Below, one piece after another: positions 24,879 to 34,802 of a stretch of DNA of 64,000 nt. Source of the DNA: Solirubrobacterales bacterium (GTDB lineage: Bacteria > Actinomycetota > Thermoleophilia > Solirubrobacterales > 70-9); contig DATBDU010000035.1 in assembly GCA_036269775.1 (NCBI GenBank), positions 41,961-105,960 of the forward strand, written 5' to 3'. The notes beneath the pieces were generated by a model. That model was not told the origin of the DNA and did not search any database. It saw only the letters and a program-made list of their open reading frames with translations. Position numbers and translations under genes: made by a program. The stretch's first letter is position 1. Each line of letters begins with the position of its first letter.

Positions 24879-25954
24879 TAAGCGCGGGCGGCGATGATGT
24901 CGGCGATTCGCTCCGACGCCTTGCCGTCCCAGAGGCGCGGCGGCGCGGAGGGTGCGTCACTGCGAGCGGCGAGGGCGGCTGGGATGGTTGCGATCGCGGC
25001 TGGGTCGAGGCCGAGGAGGGTGTTGGTGCCGGCGCTGACCGTGACCGGCCGCTCGGTGTTGTCGCGCAGGGTGAAACAGGGGATGCCGAGGTAGGTCGTC
25101 TCCTCCTGGATGCCGCCGGAGTCGGTCAGCACGGCGCCGGCGTCGGCCAGCAGCGAGAGGAAATTGAGATAGCCAAGGGGCATGGTCAACAGCAGCCCTT
25201 TATGTATGACGTTGAAGCTCTCCATCATCTTCTCGGTGCGCGGGTGGACGGGGAAGACCACCGGCATCTCTTCGGCCAGCGCCGCCAGTTGTCGCACCGT
25301 CTGCTCGAGAAGCGGGCCGTCGACCAGGGCCGGCCGGTGCAGGGTTACGAGCGCGTAAGAGCCGGGCTCGACCCCTAGTTTGGCGGCCATGCCGGCCGCC
25401 CGGAAGCGATCCTCGAGCGCGACCAGGGTGTCGATCATCGTGTTGCCGACCATCTGCATGCGCTCGTCCGGGATGCCTTCGGCGCGCAGGTTGTCGATGG
25501 CCTCGTCGCTGTGCAGGAAGAGCAGCTCCGAGAAGCGGTCGGCGACGATCCGGTTGACCTCCTCCGGCATCGTCAGGTCGAAGCTGCGCAGTCCGGACTC
25601 GATGTGGGCGACGGGAATCCCCATCTTGACCGCGGTGAGAACCGCCGCCAGGGTCGAGTTGACGTCGCCGGGGACGACCATCAGGTCGGGGGACTCCTCG
25701 ATCAGGACCGGCTCCAGGCGCTCCATCGTGCGGGCGGTCATCGTCGCGTGGCTGCCGGAGCCGACCTCGAGCATGTGGTCGGGCGCGGGTACGCCCAGCT
25801 CCTCGAGGAAGACCTCCGACATCAGCCGGTCGTAGTGCTGGCCGGTGTGGACGATCGCGTGCCTGGCCTCGGGCAGCCGTGCCCGCAGCGCCCCGATTAC
25901 AGGCGCCGTCTTGACGAAGTTCGGCCGGGTCCCGACCACGTAGACAATCCGCAT
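24878..25954 (-). CDS. wecB: UDP-N-acetylglucosamine 2-epimerase (non-hydrolysing)
   Basis: [19 protein letters not shown]...HTGQHYD...[27 protein letters not shown] start at ATG 25954; the track's 469-aa version has an Arg/Ser-rich extension. Confidence 0.88.
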   Translation of the reverse strand: MRIVYVVGTRPNFVKTAPVIGALRARLPEARHAIVHTGQHYDRLMSEVFLEELGVPAPDHMLEVGSGSHATMTARTMERLEPVLIEESPDLMVVPGDVNSTLAAVLTAVKMGIPVAHIESGLRSFDLTMPEEVNRIVADRFSELLFLHSDEAIDNLRAEGIPDERMQMVGNTMIDTLVALEDRFRAAGMAAKLGVEPGSYALVTLHRPALVDGPLLEQTVRQLAALAEEMPVVFPVHPRTEKMMESFNVIHKGLLLTMPLGYLNFLSLLADAGAVLTDSGGIQEETTYLGIPCFTLRDNTERPVTVSAGTNTLLGLDPAAIATIPAALAARSDAPSAPPRLWDGKASERIADIIAARA

Positions 25955-26028
25955 CGCGGCGCCAGCGTACCCACGGCGGAGGCCGCCACTCCGCTCAGGC
26001 GTGGCGGTCTGCTTCAATACCGAGCCCG

Positions 26029-26235
26029 ATGCCGAAGATGAAAAGCCATTCCGGCGCCAAGAAGCGCTTCCGCAAGACCGCCACCGGCAAACTCCGGGGC
26101 CGTCGCGCCTACTCCAGCCACATCCTCGAGAAGAAGTCGCCGAAGCGGAAGCGGAAGATGGCGCGGCCGGTGGAGATTTCCCCGCACGACGCGCCGACCG
26201 TCCGGGCCCTGCTCGGAGGGGGCAAGAAGAGATGA
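26029..26235 (+). CDS. rpmI: 50S ribosomal protein L35
   Basis: [33 protein letters not shown]. Confidence 0.92.
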   Translation: MPKMKSHSGAKKRFRKTATGKLRGRRAYSSHILEKKSPKRKRKMARPVEISPHDAPTVRALLGGGKKR

Positions 26236-26591
26236 GCCGCGTCAAGCGCTCCGTCCACGCCCGCAAGAAGCGGCGCAAGGTCCTCAAGGAAGCAAAGGGC
26301 TACTTCGGCCGCAAGCATTCCTCCTACCGCTTCGCCAAAGAGCAGGTGCAGCGGTCGGGCATGTACGCCTACCGCGACCGGCGCAACAAGAAGCGCGTCT
26401 TCCGCCGGCTCTGGATCACTCGCATCAACGCTGCCGCCCGGCTGGAGGGCATGAGCTACTCCGAACTCATCCACGGCCTCGGCAAAGCCGAAGTCGAGGT
26501 CAACCGCAAGATGCTCGCCGAGATCGCCGTCAGCGATCGCGACGCCTTCCGCCGATTTGTGGAGCTGGCCCGGGAGGGTGCGGCCGCCTAG
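26232..26591 (+). CDS. rplT: 50S ribosomal protein L20
   Basis: [28 protein letters not shown]...[16 protein letters not shown] 26232 overlaps the rpmI stop (ATGA). Confidence 0.92.
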   Translation: MSRVKRSVHARKKRRKVLKEAKGYFGRKHSSYRFAKEQVQRSGMYAYRDRRNKKRVFRRLWITRINAAARLEGMSYSELIHGLGKAEVEVNRKMLAEIAVSDRDAFRRFVELAREGAAA

Positions 26592-26616
26592 CGGCTGGCC
26601 GACACTCCACTTTCCC

Positions 26617-26646
26617 GGGCGGGCCGTGAGAACGGCCCGCTTTTTC
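26617..26646 (+). terminator. Rho-independent terminator after rplT
   Basis: GCGGGCCG tgagaa CGGCCCGC followed by TTTTTCG. Confidence 0.8.
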
Positions 26647-26697
26647 GTTCCAGGAGAAGAAACAGGAGAAAAGAAACACCCGAACAGGATCCCGCCG

Positions 26698-27423
26698 ATG
26701 ATCGCCAGCCCACAAAACGAGAAGCTGAAGCTGGTCCGCAAGCTGCGCGACCGCAAGCACCGCGAGCGCGAGGGGCTGTTCGCGACCGAGGGCGAGGATC
26801 TGGTCGAGGCCGGGCTGGCCGCCGGCGCCGAGCCGCGCTTGCTGCTGACCGCGGCCGGCTCTGGGTTGTCGCTTGACTGGGGCGGCGACGAGGTCGAGCC
26901 GGAGCTGCTGGCGGCGACCTCCTCGCTCGGCTCCGGCAGCCGGGCGATCGCGGTCTGGCCGCTGCGCTGGTCCGAGGCGCCCGAGGCGCCCTGCGTCTAC
27001 CTGCACGGCGTCGCCGACCCGGGCAACGTCGGCGCGATCGTCCGCAGCGTCCACGCGCTGCTCGACGGCCCGGTCGCGCTCGGCCCCGGTTGCGCCGATC
27101 CGTACTCGCCGAAGGCGATCCGGGCCAGCATGGGCTCGCTCTTCGCGCAACCTCCGTCCCGGGCTCAGTTGGGGGAGACGCCGGCGCCGCGGGCAGCGCT
27201 GGTCGCCCACGGCGGCGCCGGTCTGGATGCGCTGGCGGGCGCGGCGACGCTCTGCCTCGGTGCCGAGCGCGAGGGGTTGCCGGCCGAGGTGCTCGCCGAG
27301 TGCGAGGTCGAGGCGACGATCCCGCTGCGGGCCGGCGCCGAGTCGCTCAACGTCGCCGCCGCGGCGGCCATAGCCTGCGAGCGGATATCGTCGCCCGCCA
27401 TGTCGGAGCAGCCCGATGCTTGA
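26698..27423 (+). CDS. TrmH/SpoU-family RNA 2'-O-methyltransferase
   Basis: GVADPGNVGAIVRS...GAEREGLPAEVL...IPLRAGAESLNVAAAAAIA are SpoU motifs. ATG at 26698. Confidence 0.8.
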   Translation: MIASPQNEKLKLVRKLRDRKHREREGLFATEGEDLVEAGLAAGAEPRLLLTAAGSGLSLDWGGDEVEPELLAATSSLGSGSRAIAVWPLRWSEAPEAPCVYLHGVADPGNVGAIVRSVHALLDGPVALGPGCADPYSPKAIRASMGSLFAQPPSRAQLGETPAPRAALVAHGGAGLDALAGAATLCLGAEREGLPAEVLAECEVEATIPLRAGAESLNVAAAAAIACERISSPAMSEQPDA

Positions 27424-28474
27424 GCGGATCGAGGAGATCAGGGGCGAGGCCGCGGCGGCGATCGGGGCGGCGACCTCGAGCGCCGCGCTGGAGGAGCTGC
27501 GGATCCGCTACCTCGGCCGCAAAGCCGAGCTGACGACGATCCTGCGCGGCATCGCCGAGCTTCCAGCGGAGGAACGGGGCAAGGTCGGCGGCGCCGCCAA
27601 CAGGACCCGCAAGGAGTTGGAGGCGCTGCTGGAGACGAGCGCCGGGCGGCTCGACGCCAGCGAGCTGGAGAGCCGTCTGGTCGGCGACCGCGTCGACGTC
27701 ACCCTGCCGGGCGCGCCGCCGCGGCCGCTCGGCCACGCCCACCTGATCGCCCGCACCACGCGGCTGATCGAGGACACGATGGTCGGGCTCGGCTACCGGG
27801 TGGCGGAGGGGCCGGAGATCGAGCACGACTACTACAACTTCACCGCCCTCAACCACCCGCCCGGGCACCCGGCGCGGATGCTCCAGGACACCTTCTACAT
27901 TCAGTCGCACCCCGAGCTGCTGCTGCGGACCCATACCTCGCCGGTCCAGGTGCGCTCGATGGAGGCCCAGCCGCCGCCGATCTTCATCATCGTCCCCGGC
28001 AAGGTCTACCGGCGCGACTCCGACGCCACCCACAGTCCGATGTTCCACCAGATGGAGGGACTGGCGATCGCCGAGGGACTGACCCTCGCCGACCTCAAGG
28101 GCACGCTCCTGGCGCTGGTCACGGCGATCTTCGGCGGCCGCCGTGAGGTGCGGCTGCGGCCCCACTTCTTCCCCTTCACCGAGCCCAGTGTGGAGGTCGA
28201 CGTCTCCTGCTTCCAGTGCGAGGGCACCGGCACACTGCCGTCGGGGGAGCGCTGCAACCTCTGCAAGGGCCAGGGCTGGATCGAGATCCTCGGCGCCGGC
28301 ATGGTGGACCCCAATGTGCTCGGCTTCGTCGAGGAGCACGGCTACGACCCCGAGCGGGTGCAGGGCTTCGCCTTCGGGCTCGGCGTCGAGCGGGTGGCGA
28401 TGCTGCGCCACGCGGTGCCGGACCTGCGGCGCTTCTTCGACAACGACGTGCGGATGCTGGAGCAGTTCGGATGA
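27416..28474 (+). CDS. pheS: Phenylalanine--tRNA ligase alpha subunit
   Basis: HPARMLQDTFY...LRTHTSPVQVR...FRPHFFPFTEPS...GAGMVDPNVL. Confidence 0.93.
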   Translation: MLERIEEIRGEAAAAIGAATSSAALEELRIRYLGRKAELTTILRGIAELPAEERGKVGGAANRTRKELEALLETSAGRLDASELESRLVGDRVDVTLPGAPPRPLGHAHLIARTTRLIEDTMVGLGYRVAEGPEIEHDYYNFTALNHPPGHPARMLQDTFYIQSHPELLLRTHTSPVQVRSMEAQPPPIFIIVPGKVYRRDSDATHSPMFHQMEGLAIAEGLTLADLKGTLLALVTAIFGGRREVRLRPHFFPFTEPSVEVDVSCFQCEGTGTLPSGERCNLCKGQGWIEILGAGMVDPNVLGFVEEHGYDPERVQGFAFGLGVERVAMLRHAVPDLRRFFDNDVRMLEQFG

Positions 28475-28484
28475 GGGGCAACTG

Positions 28485-30944
28485 ATGAGAATTCCGTACT
28501 CATGGCTGCGCGAGTACTGCAACCCTGGCGTCGAGGTCGCGGAGATCGCCGAGCGGCTGGTGATGACCGGGACCGAGGTCGAGCGGATCGGCGCCGTCGG
28601 GCCGCCCTCGCCGGACGGCTTCGTCGTCGGCCGCGTGCTGAGCGCCGAGCCGCACCCCGACGCCGACCGGCTGCGGGTCTGCACGGTCGACACGGGTGAC
28701 GGCGACGGCGAGCGCACGATCGTCTGCGGCGCTCCCAACGTCGCCGCCGGTCAGAGCGTCGCGGTGGCTCTGCCCGGGGCGCGGATGCCGGGCGGCGAGA
28801 AGCTGCGCAAGGCGAAGCTGCGGGGCGTCGCCTCGGAAGGGATGATCCTCTCGGTCTCCGAGCTGGAGATCGGCGGCGATGCCGACGGCATCCTCGTTCT
28901 CGACGACGAGGTCGCGGCGGGGACGCCGTTGGCCGAGGTCCTGCCGCTGGCGGAGCCGGTGTTGGAGCTGGAGGTGACGCCGAACCGGGTCGACTGCTTC
29001 GGGATCTGGGGCGTCGCCCGCGAGGTCCACGCGATCTCCGCGGCGCCGCTCGCCGCCGAGCCCTGGAGCGAGGACGCCGCCGCCGAGGGTGGGGGAGACG
29101 TCGCCGACTTCGCCTCGGTCGCGGTCGAGGTGCCTGAGCTCTGCCCGCGCTTCACCGCCCGCGTCTTCACCGAGGTCACGATCGGCCCCTCGCCGCTCTG
29201 GCTGCAGGCCCGCCTGACCGCCGCCGGGCAGCGGCCGATCAACAACGTCGTCGACATCACCAACTACGTGATGCTGCTGACCGCGCAGCCACTCCATGCC
29301 TTCGACCTCGACAAGGTCCCGGGCGGGGCGCTGACCGTGCGGACCGGCGAGGGGGAGAGGATGACGACCCTGGACGGGGTCGAGCGCAGCCTCGACGCCG
29401 AGACGGTGCTGGTCTGCGACAGCGACGGGCCGACCGGGATCGCCGGGATCATGGGCGGCCAGGTCTCGGAGGTCTCCGCCGCGACGACGCGGGTCCTGCT
29501 CGAGGTCGCCAACTGGAACGGCACCAACATCCTCCGCACCTCGCGGCTGCTGGGGCTGCGCTCGGAGGCCTCCTCGCGCTTCGAGAAGCAGCTGCACTCG
29601 GAGCTGTGCATGCGGGCCCAGAGGATCGCCTCGCGGCTGCTGGTCGAGCTCTGCGGCGCCAAGCTGGTGCCGGGCACGATCGACGTCGCCGCCGAGATTC
29701 CCGCCGCGCCGCGGATCCTGCTGCGGGCGGCGCGGGTCGAGGGGCTGCTGGGGATGCGGATCGAGCAGGCCGACCAGGTCGCCTATCTGGAGCGGCTGGG
29801 CTTCGGCGCCGAGGTCGACGGCGAGGACCTGCGGGTCGCGGTGCCGCCCGATCGCCACTATGACGTAACCCGCGAGGTCGACCTGATCGAGGAGGTCGGT
29901 CGCATCCACGGCTTCGACGAGCACCTGCCGACGACGCTGCCGGCGGTGGCCGAGAAGGTCGGCGGCCTCAGCCGCGAGCAGCGGCTGCGGCGGCGCGCCG
30001 AGGACGTCCTGCGCGACCTCGGCTTCGACCAGATCGTCGGCTGGAGCTTCACCGACCCGGGCGAGACCGAGCGGCTGCGGATCCCCGCCGGCGACCCGCG
30101 CTCCGACACGATCCTGCTCGCCAACCCGCTCTCCGAGGACCAGTCGGCGATGCGGACGACGCTGCTCGGCTCGCTGCTCGACGTCGCCTCCCGCAACCTC
30201 GCCCGCGACGCGGAGTCCGTCGCCCTCTTCGAGTCCGGCCAGGTCTACCTGCGGCTGGACGCGGTCGGCGACGGTCCCTTGGCGGGCGTCTTCTCGGGGG
30301 AGCAGCCAGCGCCCTTCGCCGAGCCGCATCGGCTGGCCTGCCTCGCGGTGGGGCCGCTGGTCGAGAAGTCCTGGCGCGGCGGGGGCGAACCGGCCGACTT
30401 CTTCGCGCTCAAGGCGGCGCTGGAGGCCCTCGCCGCTCAGCTCGGGGTCACGCTCAGCTTCGCGGCGGCGCCGGAGCCGTTCCTGCACCCGGGCCGCTCG
30501 GCCGCGGTCGAGATCGCCGGCGCCCCGGTCGGCTGGATCGGCGAGATCCACCCGCTGGTCTCTCGCGAGTGGGACGTCGAGGCGGCGGTCGGCTTCGAAA
30601 TCGCCAGCGCGGCGCTGTTTGCCGCCGCGACCGTCGGCGAGGAGGTCTACGAAGACGTCACCACCTTCCCCGCCGCCCACCAGGACCTCGCCGTGGTCGT
30701 CCCGGTCGAGGTGACCGCGGCCGCCGTTCGCGACGCGGTCCTGGCCGGGGGCGGCGAGCTGCTGCGCTCGGCCAGGGTCTTCGACCTCTACGAGGGCGAC
30801 CAAATTGGTGAGGGTCGCGTGAGCCTGGCGCTGCGGCTCGAGTTCCGCGCCGCCGACCGCACCCTCACCGACGACGAGGTCGCCTCCCTGCGGGACGCGA
30901 TCAAGGCGAAGCTGGAGCAGATCGGAGGCAGCCTGCGTGAATGA
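28485..30944 (+). CDS. pheT: Phenylalanine--tRNA ligase beta subunit
   Basis: MRIPYSWLREYCNP..., tRNA-binding domain (VGRVLSAEPHPDADRLRVCTVD), B3/4, B5 and FDX-ACB regions. ATG at 28485. Confidence 0.93.
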   Translation: MRIPYSWLREYCNPGVEVAEIAERLVMTGTEVERIGAVGPPSPDGFVVGRVLSAEPHPDADRLRVCTVDTGDGDGERTIVCGAPNVAAGQSVAVALPGARMPGGEKLRKAKLRGVASEGMILSVSELEIGGDADGILVLDDEVAAGTPLAEVLPLAEPVLELEVTPNRVDCFGIWGVAREVHAISAAPLAAEPWSEDAAAEGGGDVADFASVAVEVPELCPRFTARVFTEVTIGPSPLWLQARLTAAGQRPINNVVDITNYVMLLTAQPLHAFDLDKVPGGALTVRTGEGERMTTLDGVERSLDAETVLVCDSDGPTGIAGIMGGQVSEVSAATTRVLLEVANWNGTNILRTSRLLGLRSEASSRFEKQLHSELCMRAQRIASRLLVELCGAKLVPGTIDVAAEIPAAPRILLRAARVEGLLGMRIEQADQVAYLERLGFGAEVDGEDLRVAVPPDRHYDVTREVDLIEEVGRIHGFDEHLPTTLPAVAEKVGGLSREQRLRRRAEDVLRDLGFDQIVGWSFTDPGETERLRIPAGDPRSDTILLANPLSEDQSAMRTTLLGSLLDVASRNLARDAESVALFESGQVYLRLDAVGDGPLAGVFSGEQPAPFAEPHRLACLAVGPLVEKSWRGGGEPADFFALKAALEALAAQLGVTLSFAAAPEPFLHPGRSAAVEIAGAPVGWIGEIHPLVSREWDVEAAVGFEIASAALFAAATVGEEVYEDVTTFPAAHQDLAVVVPVEVTAAAVRDAVLAGGGELLRSARVFDLYEGDQIGEGRVSLALRLEFRAADRTLTDDEVASLRDAIKAKLEQIGGSLRE

Positions 30945-31397
30945 GCTCAGCCTGCACCGATGTTTGAGCCAAGTACCAAAATTGAACTCATCGGGTTCCC
31001 CGACCCGAGTCGTTATCGCTGCGACCGGGGTATCAGCTTTGACTTCCGCCAAATATCGCTTTACGACCGGACTGGGAAGGAGTGATTAGCGCGAGGAGGG
31101 CGCAAAACCCGCCCGTGACGACTAGTCTTCCGCAACAGATGATTGAAGCGCCACGCACGAAGGTGTCTGCCCAGGGTGCCATCGATCACCGTGGCCTTAA
31201 CGGTCAAAGGGGGGCGAGTTTCGGACTCACGCCCCTTGACTTCCTTGTAGATATCGGGATCATCGAGGCTTCGATAGCCTGCCGGCGGCAGGCTATCGGC
31301 GGGTCTTGCCGAATCTAGCTGGCTAGAAATCACCAGCCCGTGTATGGCGCTGCGTTTACAAACCTGACGAACCGGTAAGGACAAGACGAGAGAATCG

Positions 31398-32546
31398 ATG
31401 AGCATTGCGCGGGGACAACACGAGACTTCTCATGACTGCAACGGGAATGGACGCTTGCCGCATCCACGAGTTCTAGTTGCGGGTGCGCTAGGCGCGGTGG
31501 GATCGTTAGTAGCAGAACTATTGGACTCCCATCCTCACGTTGAACTTGCTGCTCTAACGGCTCGTGAGACTGGCGATGGGAAATCGCCTATTGGAAAACC
31601 GCTCTCCGCTATCTACCCAGAGCATCGCGTGAATGTCTCATTGCGAACGATTGAGGATCTCGATTTCGCAGACTTCGATGCGGCGGTGGTGGCCTATCCG
31701 GCAGGACCCGCGGCGTCCCTCGTGAGGCAACTTCGAATGGCCGGACTTACGGTCGTGGACTCTTGTGGCGACTTCCGCTTCACGAACGTCGATACCTACG
31801 AGCAATGGTATGGCGTGCATGGAGCTCCGGAGCTCAACGGAGAAGCTGTCTACGGACTTCCTGAGTTGAATCGTGACCGGATTTCGGAGGCTAAGCTCGT
31901 CGGAAATCCAGGGTGCTATCCAACCGCATCGATCTTGGCGCTAGCCCCCCTTGCCAGGAATGAACTCGTTGACGACGTGGTCATCGATGCTAAGTCTGGA
32001 GTCTCTGGCGCCGGCAAGAGAGAGGGTGGAGACGCCCCAGGTTTCATTGGGACCCACGAGAACATGCGCGCCTATGGCGTTCCTGGGCATCGTCACGAGC
32101 CGGAGATAGAGGAGAAGCTCAGCGAACTGGGATACCTGGGTGATCTTAGTTTTGTTCCGCATCTCATTCCCATTGACCAAGGCGAGCTTGTTAGCTGCTA
32201 TGTGAAGCCCACTCGCAGGATTGACCAAGCGGAGTTGGATGCGCTCTATCAAGAGACGTATAGCTCCGAGCTGTTTGTAGAGATGGCCTCAGGGCTACCC
32301 GAAGCACGCGACGTGCAGAGAACGAATATCTGTCGGATTCACCCCGTGGTCGATCACGACGGGACGCGAATCTTTGTCTTCGCGACTATTGACAACCTGT
32401 GGAAGGGTGGCGCTTCTCAGGCCGTCCAGAATCTCAATCTCGCGCTAGGCCTCGACGAGAAAGATGGGATTCCCGGCGGAGTCGCAGTTTCAGGAGTGGA
32501 GACAACGCGTAATCCGACGTTGGACCGATCACCGGTCTCAGCCTAG
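31398..32546 (+). CDS. argC: N-acetyl-gamma-glutamyl-phosphate reductase (low-GC copy)
   Basis: Catalytic-Cys motif LVGNPGCYPTA, SGVSGAG and NLWKGGASQAVQN. About 24 extra N-terminal residues and a C-terminal tail, so the exact start is uncertain (a TTG near 31456 is possible). G+C is 53-60% versus about 78% in argJ. Confidence 0.85.
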   Translation: MSIARGQHETSHDCNGNGRLPHPRVLVAGALGAVGSLVAELLDSHPHVELAALTARETGDGKSPIGKPLSAIYPEHRVNVSLRTIEDLDFADFDAAVVAYPAGPAASLVRQLRMAGLTVVDSCGDFRFTNVDTYEQWYGVHGAPELNGEAVYGLPELNRDRISEAKLVGNPGCYPTASILALAPLARNELVDDVVIDAKSGVSGAGKREGGDAPGFIGTHENMRAYGVPGHRHEPEIEEKLSELGYLGDLSFVPHLIPIDQGELVSCYVKPTRRIDQAELDALYQETYSSELFVEMASGLPEARDVQRTNICRIHPVVDHDGTRIFVFATIDNLWKGGASQAVQNLNLALGLDEKDGIPGGVAVSGVETTRNPTLDRSPVSA

Positions 32547-32613
32547 AGCGCAATGGGCTGAGGCCGTTTCGACGGACATCGGAGCCTAAGATCTCAATTA
32601 AGAGGGGGCTCTG

Positions 32614-33765
32614 ATGGCCTTCTTCAGGTCGCGCTGGGTCGAGGCTCCGGACGGGGTGGAGGAGCTCGACCCCGTCCAGCTGGCGCCGGGCTTCCGGGCC
32701 GGCGGCGCCCACTGCGGCCTCAAGGGCGGTGGCAAGACCGACATCGGCCTGATCGTCTGCGATGAGGAGAGCGTCGGCTCGGCGCTGCTGCTGACCCGCA
32801 ACGCTTCCGCCGCGGCGCCGATCCGGGTCTGCCGCGAGGTGACCGAGCGCGGCCGGGTCCGTGCCGCTGTGGTCAACAGCGGCAACGCCAATGCCGAGAC
32901 CGGCGAGAAGGGGTATGCCGACGCGCTGGGGATGTGCGAGCGGGCCGCCGGGGCGCTCGGCGTCGAGACGGCGAGCGTCGCGGTCGCCGAGACCGGCACG
33001 ATCGGCGTGCCGCTGCCGATCGAGGCCGTGCTGCCCGGCATCGACGAGGCGGCCGCGGGCCTCTCGGCCCAGGGGGGCGGCGTCTTCTCGGACGCGATCA
33101 CGACCACCGACCGCTGGCCGAAGCGCTGCACGCTGCGGGCCGGCGGCGTCACCCTCTCCGCCCAGGCCAAGGGGGCGGGGATGATCGAGCCGAAGATGGC
33201 GACGATGCTCTGCTTCGTCCAGACCGACGCCGTCGTCGCCGACGCCGACGCGGCGCTGCGCAGCGCCGTCGACGCCTCCTTCAACCGGATCACCGTCGAC
33301 GGCCAGATGAGCACCAACGACTGCGTCCTCCTCCAGGCGACTGGCGCCAGCGGCAGGCCGCTGCCCGAGGGGCTGCTGGAGGCGGTCCTGAAGCAGCTGG
33401 CGATCGAGATCGTCCGCGACGGCGAGGGCGCGGTCCGGGTGGCCCGGGTCGAGGTCAGCGAGGCCGCCTCGGCCGCCGAGGCCGAGTGCGTCGCCCGCGC
33501 GATCGCCAACTCGCCGCTGGTCAAGACCGCCCTCTTCGGCCGCGACCCCAACTGGGGCCGGATCGCCCAGGCCGCCGGCGCGGCGCTGGCCGGCGAGGAC
33601 CTCGAGGAGATCGGCGCCGCCGCGATCGACGCCGCCGAGCTGGGCGCCGAGACCGCCGAGGCCGAGATCGGCCTGCGGCTGGGCCGCGGCGAGCAGCGCG
33701 CCCACGTCTGGTTCTCCGACCTCGGCTACGAGTACATCCGGATCAACGCGGAGTACACGAGTTGA
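32614..33765 (+). CDS. argJ: Bifunctional glutamate N-acetyltransferase / amino-acid acetyltransferase
   Basis: VVNSGNANA, ITTTD and the autoproteolysis/active-site region KGAGMIEPKMATMLCFVQTDA. Confidence 0.92.
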   Translation: MAFFRSRWVEAPDGVEELDPVQLAPGFRAGGAHCGLKGGGKTDIGLIVCDEESVGSALLLTRNASAAAPIRVCREVTERGRVRAAVVNSGNANAETGEKGYADALGMCERAAGALGVETASVAVAETGTIGVPLPIEAVLPGIDEAAAGLSAQGGGVFSDAITTTDRWPKRCTLRAGGVTLSAQAKGAGMIEPKMATMLCFVQTDAVVADADAALRSAVDASFNRITVDGQMSTNDCVLLQATGASGRPLPEGLLEAVLKQLAIEIVRDGEGAVRVARVEVSEAASAAEAECVARAIANSPLVKTALFGRDPNWGRIAQAAGAALAGEDLEEIGAAAIDAAELGAETAEAEIGLRLGRGEQRAHVWFSDLGYEYIRINAEYTS

Positions 33766-33820
33766 GCTCCACAGGCGACAACTCATCGGGCGGCAGCCCG
33801 TCAATCGAGAGGAGCGGCCG

Positions 33821-34690
33821 ATGACCGAGCAGGCACCGCAGTCGCGGGCGGCGGGGGCGAGCGTCGAGACGCTGCTCGAGGCGCTGCCCTACATCCGCGA
33901 GTTCCACGGCCGCACGGTGGTGATCAAGTACGGCGGCGCGGCGATGCTCGACGAGGATCTGCGCCAGGCCTTCGCCGCCGACGTCGTCCTGCTCAAGTAC
34001 GTCGGCCTCAACCCGGTGATCGTCCACGGCGGCGGTCCCGAGATCACCCGCTACATGGACCGCCTCGGCCTCGAGGTCAAGTTCCACGAGGGCCTGCGCG
34101 TCTCCGACGCCGAGACCGTCGAGGTGGCGAAGATGGTCCTGGTCGGCAAGCTCAACTCGGAAATCGTCCAGCGGCTCAACCGGGCCGGCCAGCCCGCCGT
34201 CGGCCTGGCCGGCGAGGACGGCACCCTGTTCGAGGTGACGCCGGCCGCCAACGCCGACAAGGTCGGCTTCGTCGGCTCGGTCGAGCGGGTCGACGTCGAC
34301 GTCCTCAACCACATCGCCGCCGACTACATCCCGGTGATCGCCTCCTCGGCCTCCGACCGCGAGGGTCAGTCCTACAACGTCAACGCCGACGAGGCGGCCG
34401 GCAAGGTCGCCGCCGCGCTCGGCGCCCACAAGGCGATCTTCCTCACCGACGTCGAGGGCTGGCGGGCCGACGCCGGCGACGAGGCCTCGCTGATCTCGCG
34501 GGCGTCGGTGGGCGAGGTCGAAGAGCGCCTGGGAGACGTCGACGGCGGCATGCGGCCGAAGCTGCAGGCCTGCGTCGACGCGATCCGCGGCGGTGCCCAG
34601 TCAGCCCACATCATCGACGGCCGCAAGCCGCACAGTCTGCTGTTGGAGCTCTTCACTGACGCCGGCATCGGCACGATGGTGACCCCATGA
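33821..34690 (+). CDS. argB: Acetylglutamate kinase
   Basis: VVIKYGGAAM...VIVHGGGPEI...NVNADEAAGKVAAAL. Confidence 0.92.
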   Translation: MTEQAPQSRAAGASVETLLEALPYIREFHGRTVVIKYGGAAMLDEDLRQAFAADVVLLKYVGLNPVIVHGGGPEITRYMDRLGLEVKFHEGLRVSDAETVEVAKMVLVGKLNSEIVQRLNRAGQPAVGLAGEDGTLFEVTPAANADKVGFVGSVERVDVDVLNHIAADYIPVIASSASDREGQSYNVNADEAAGKVAAALGAHKAIFLTDVEGWRADAGDEASLISRASVGEVEERLGDVDGGMRPKLQACVDAIRGGAQSAHIIDGRKPHSLLLELFTDAGIGTMVTP

Positions 34691-34802
34691 GCCCGGCGCC
34701 TGCAAACCGGCGCCTGGCGGCGTCCTCGGTCGGCCAAATAGCGCTGCTATTCGGCCTCCCTGCGTCCTTGCCAGGCTTGGTTTTCGGCGCCGGGGGCCAT
34801 GG

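Noticed and set aside
28500-31052. 850-aa minus-strand ORF antisense to pheT. Similar cases: 35840-38323 antisense to argD/argG, 40011-42197 antisense to dnaE and 60529-62112 antisense to gatA.
   Set aside because: All are antisense shadows of strongly supported housekeeping genes with Arg/Gly/Asp-rich junk translations. The many same-strand out-of-frame ORFs rich in Arg, Pro and Ala (for example 868-2544, 4681-6156, 20085-21446, 37312-38508 upstream part) are rejected for the same reason.
31061-31405. ORFs in the argC leader: 114 aa on the minus strand, and 78 aa on the plus strand at 31082-31318
   Set aside because: They overlap each other. Neither has a recognisable motif, and the GTG of the plus-strand ORF abuts the putative Shine-Dalgarno sequence with no spacer. 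I treat the region as a non-coding leader, but this call has low certainty.
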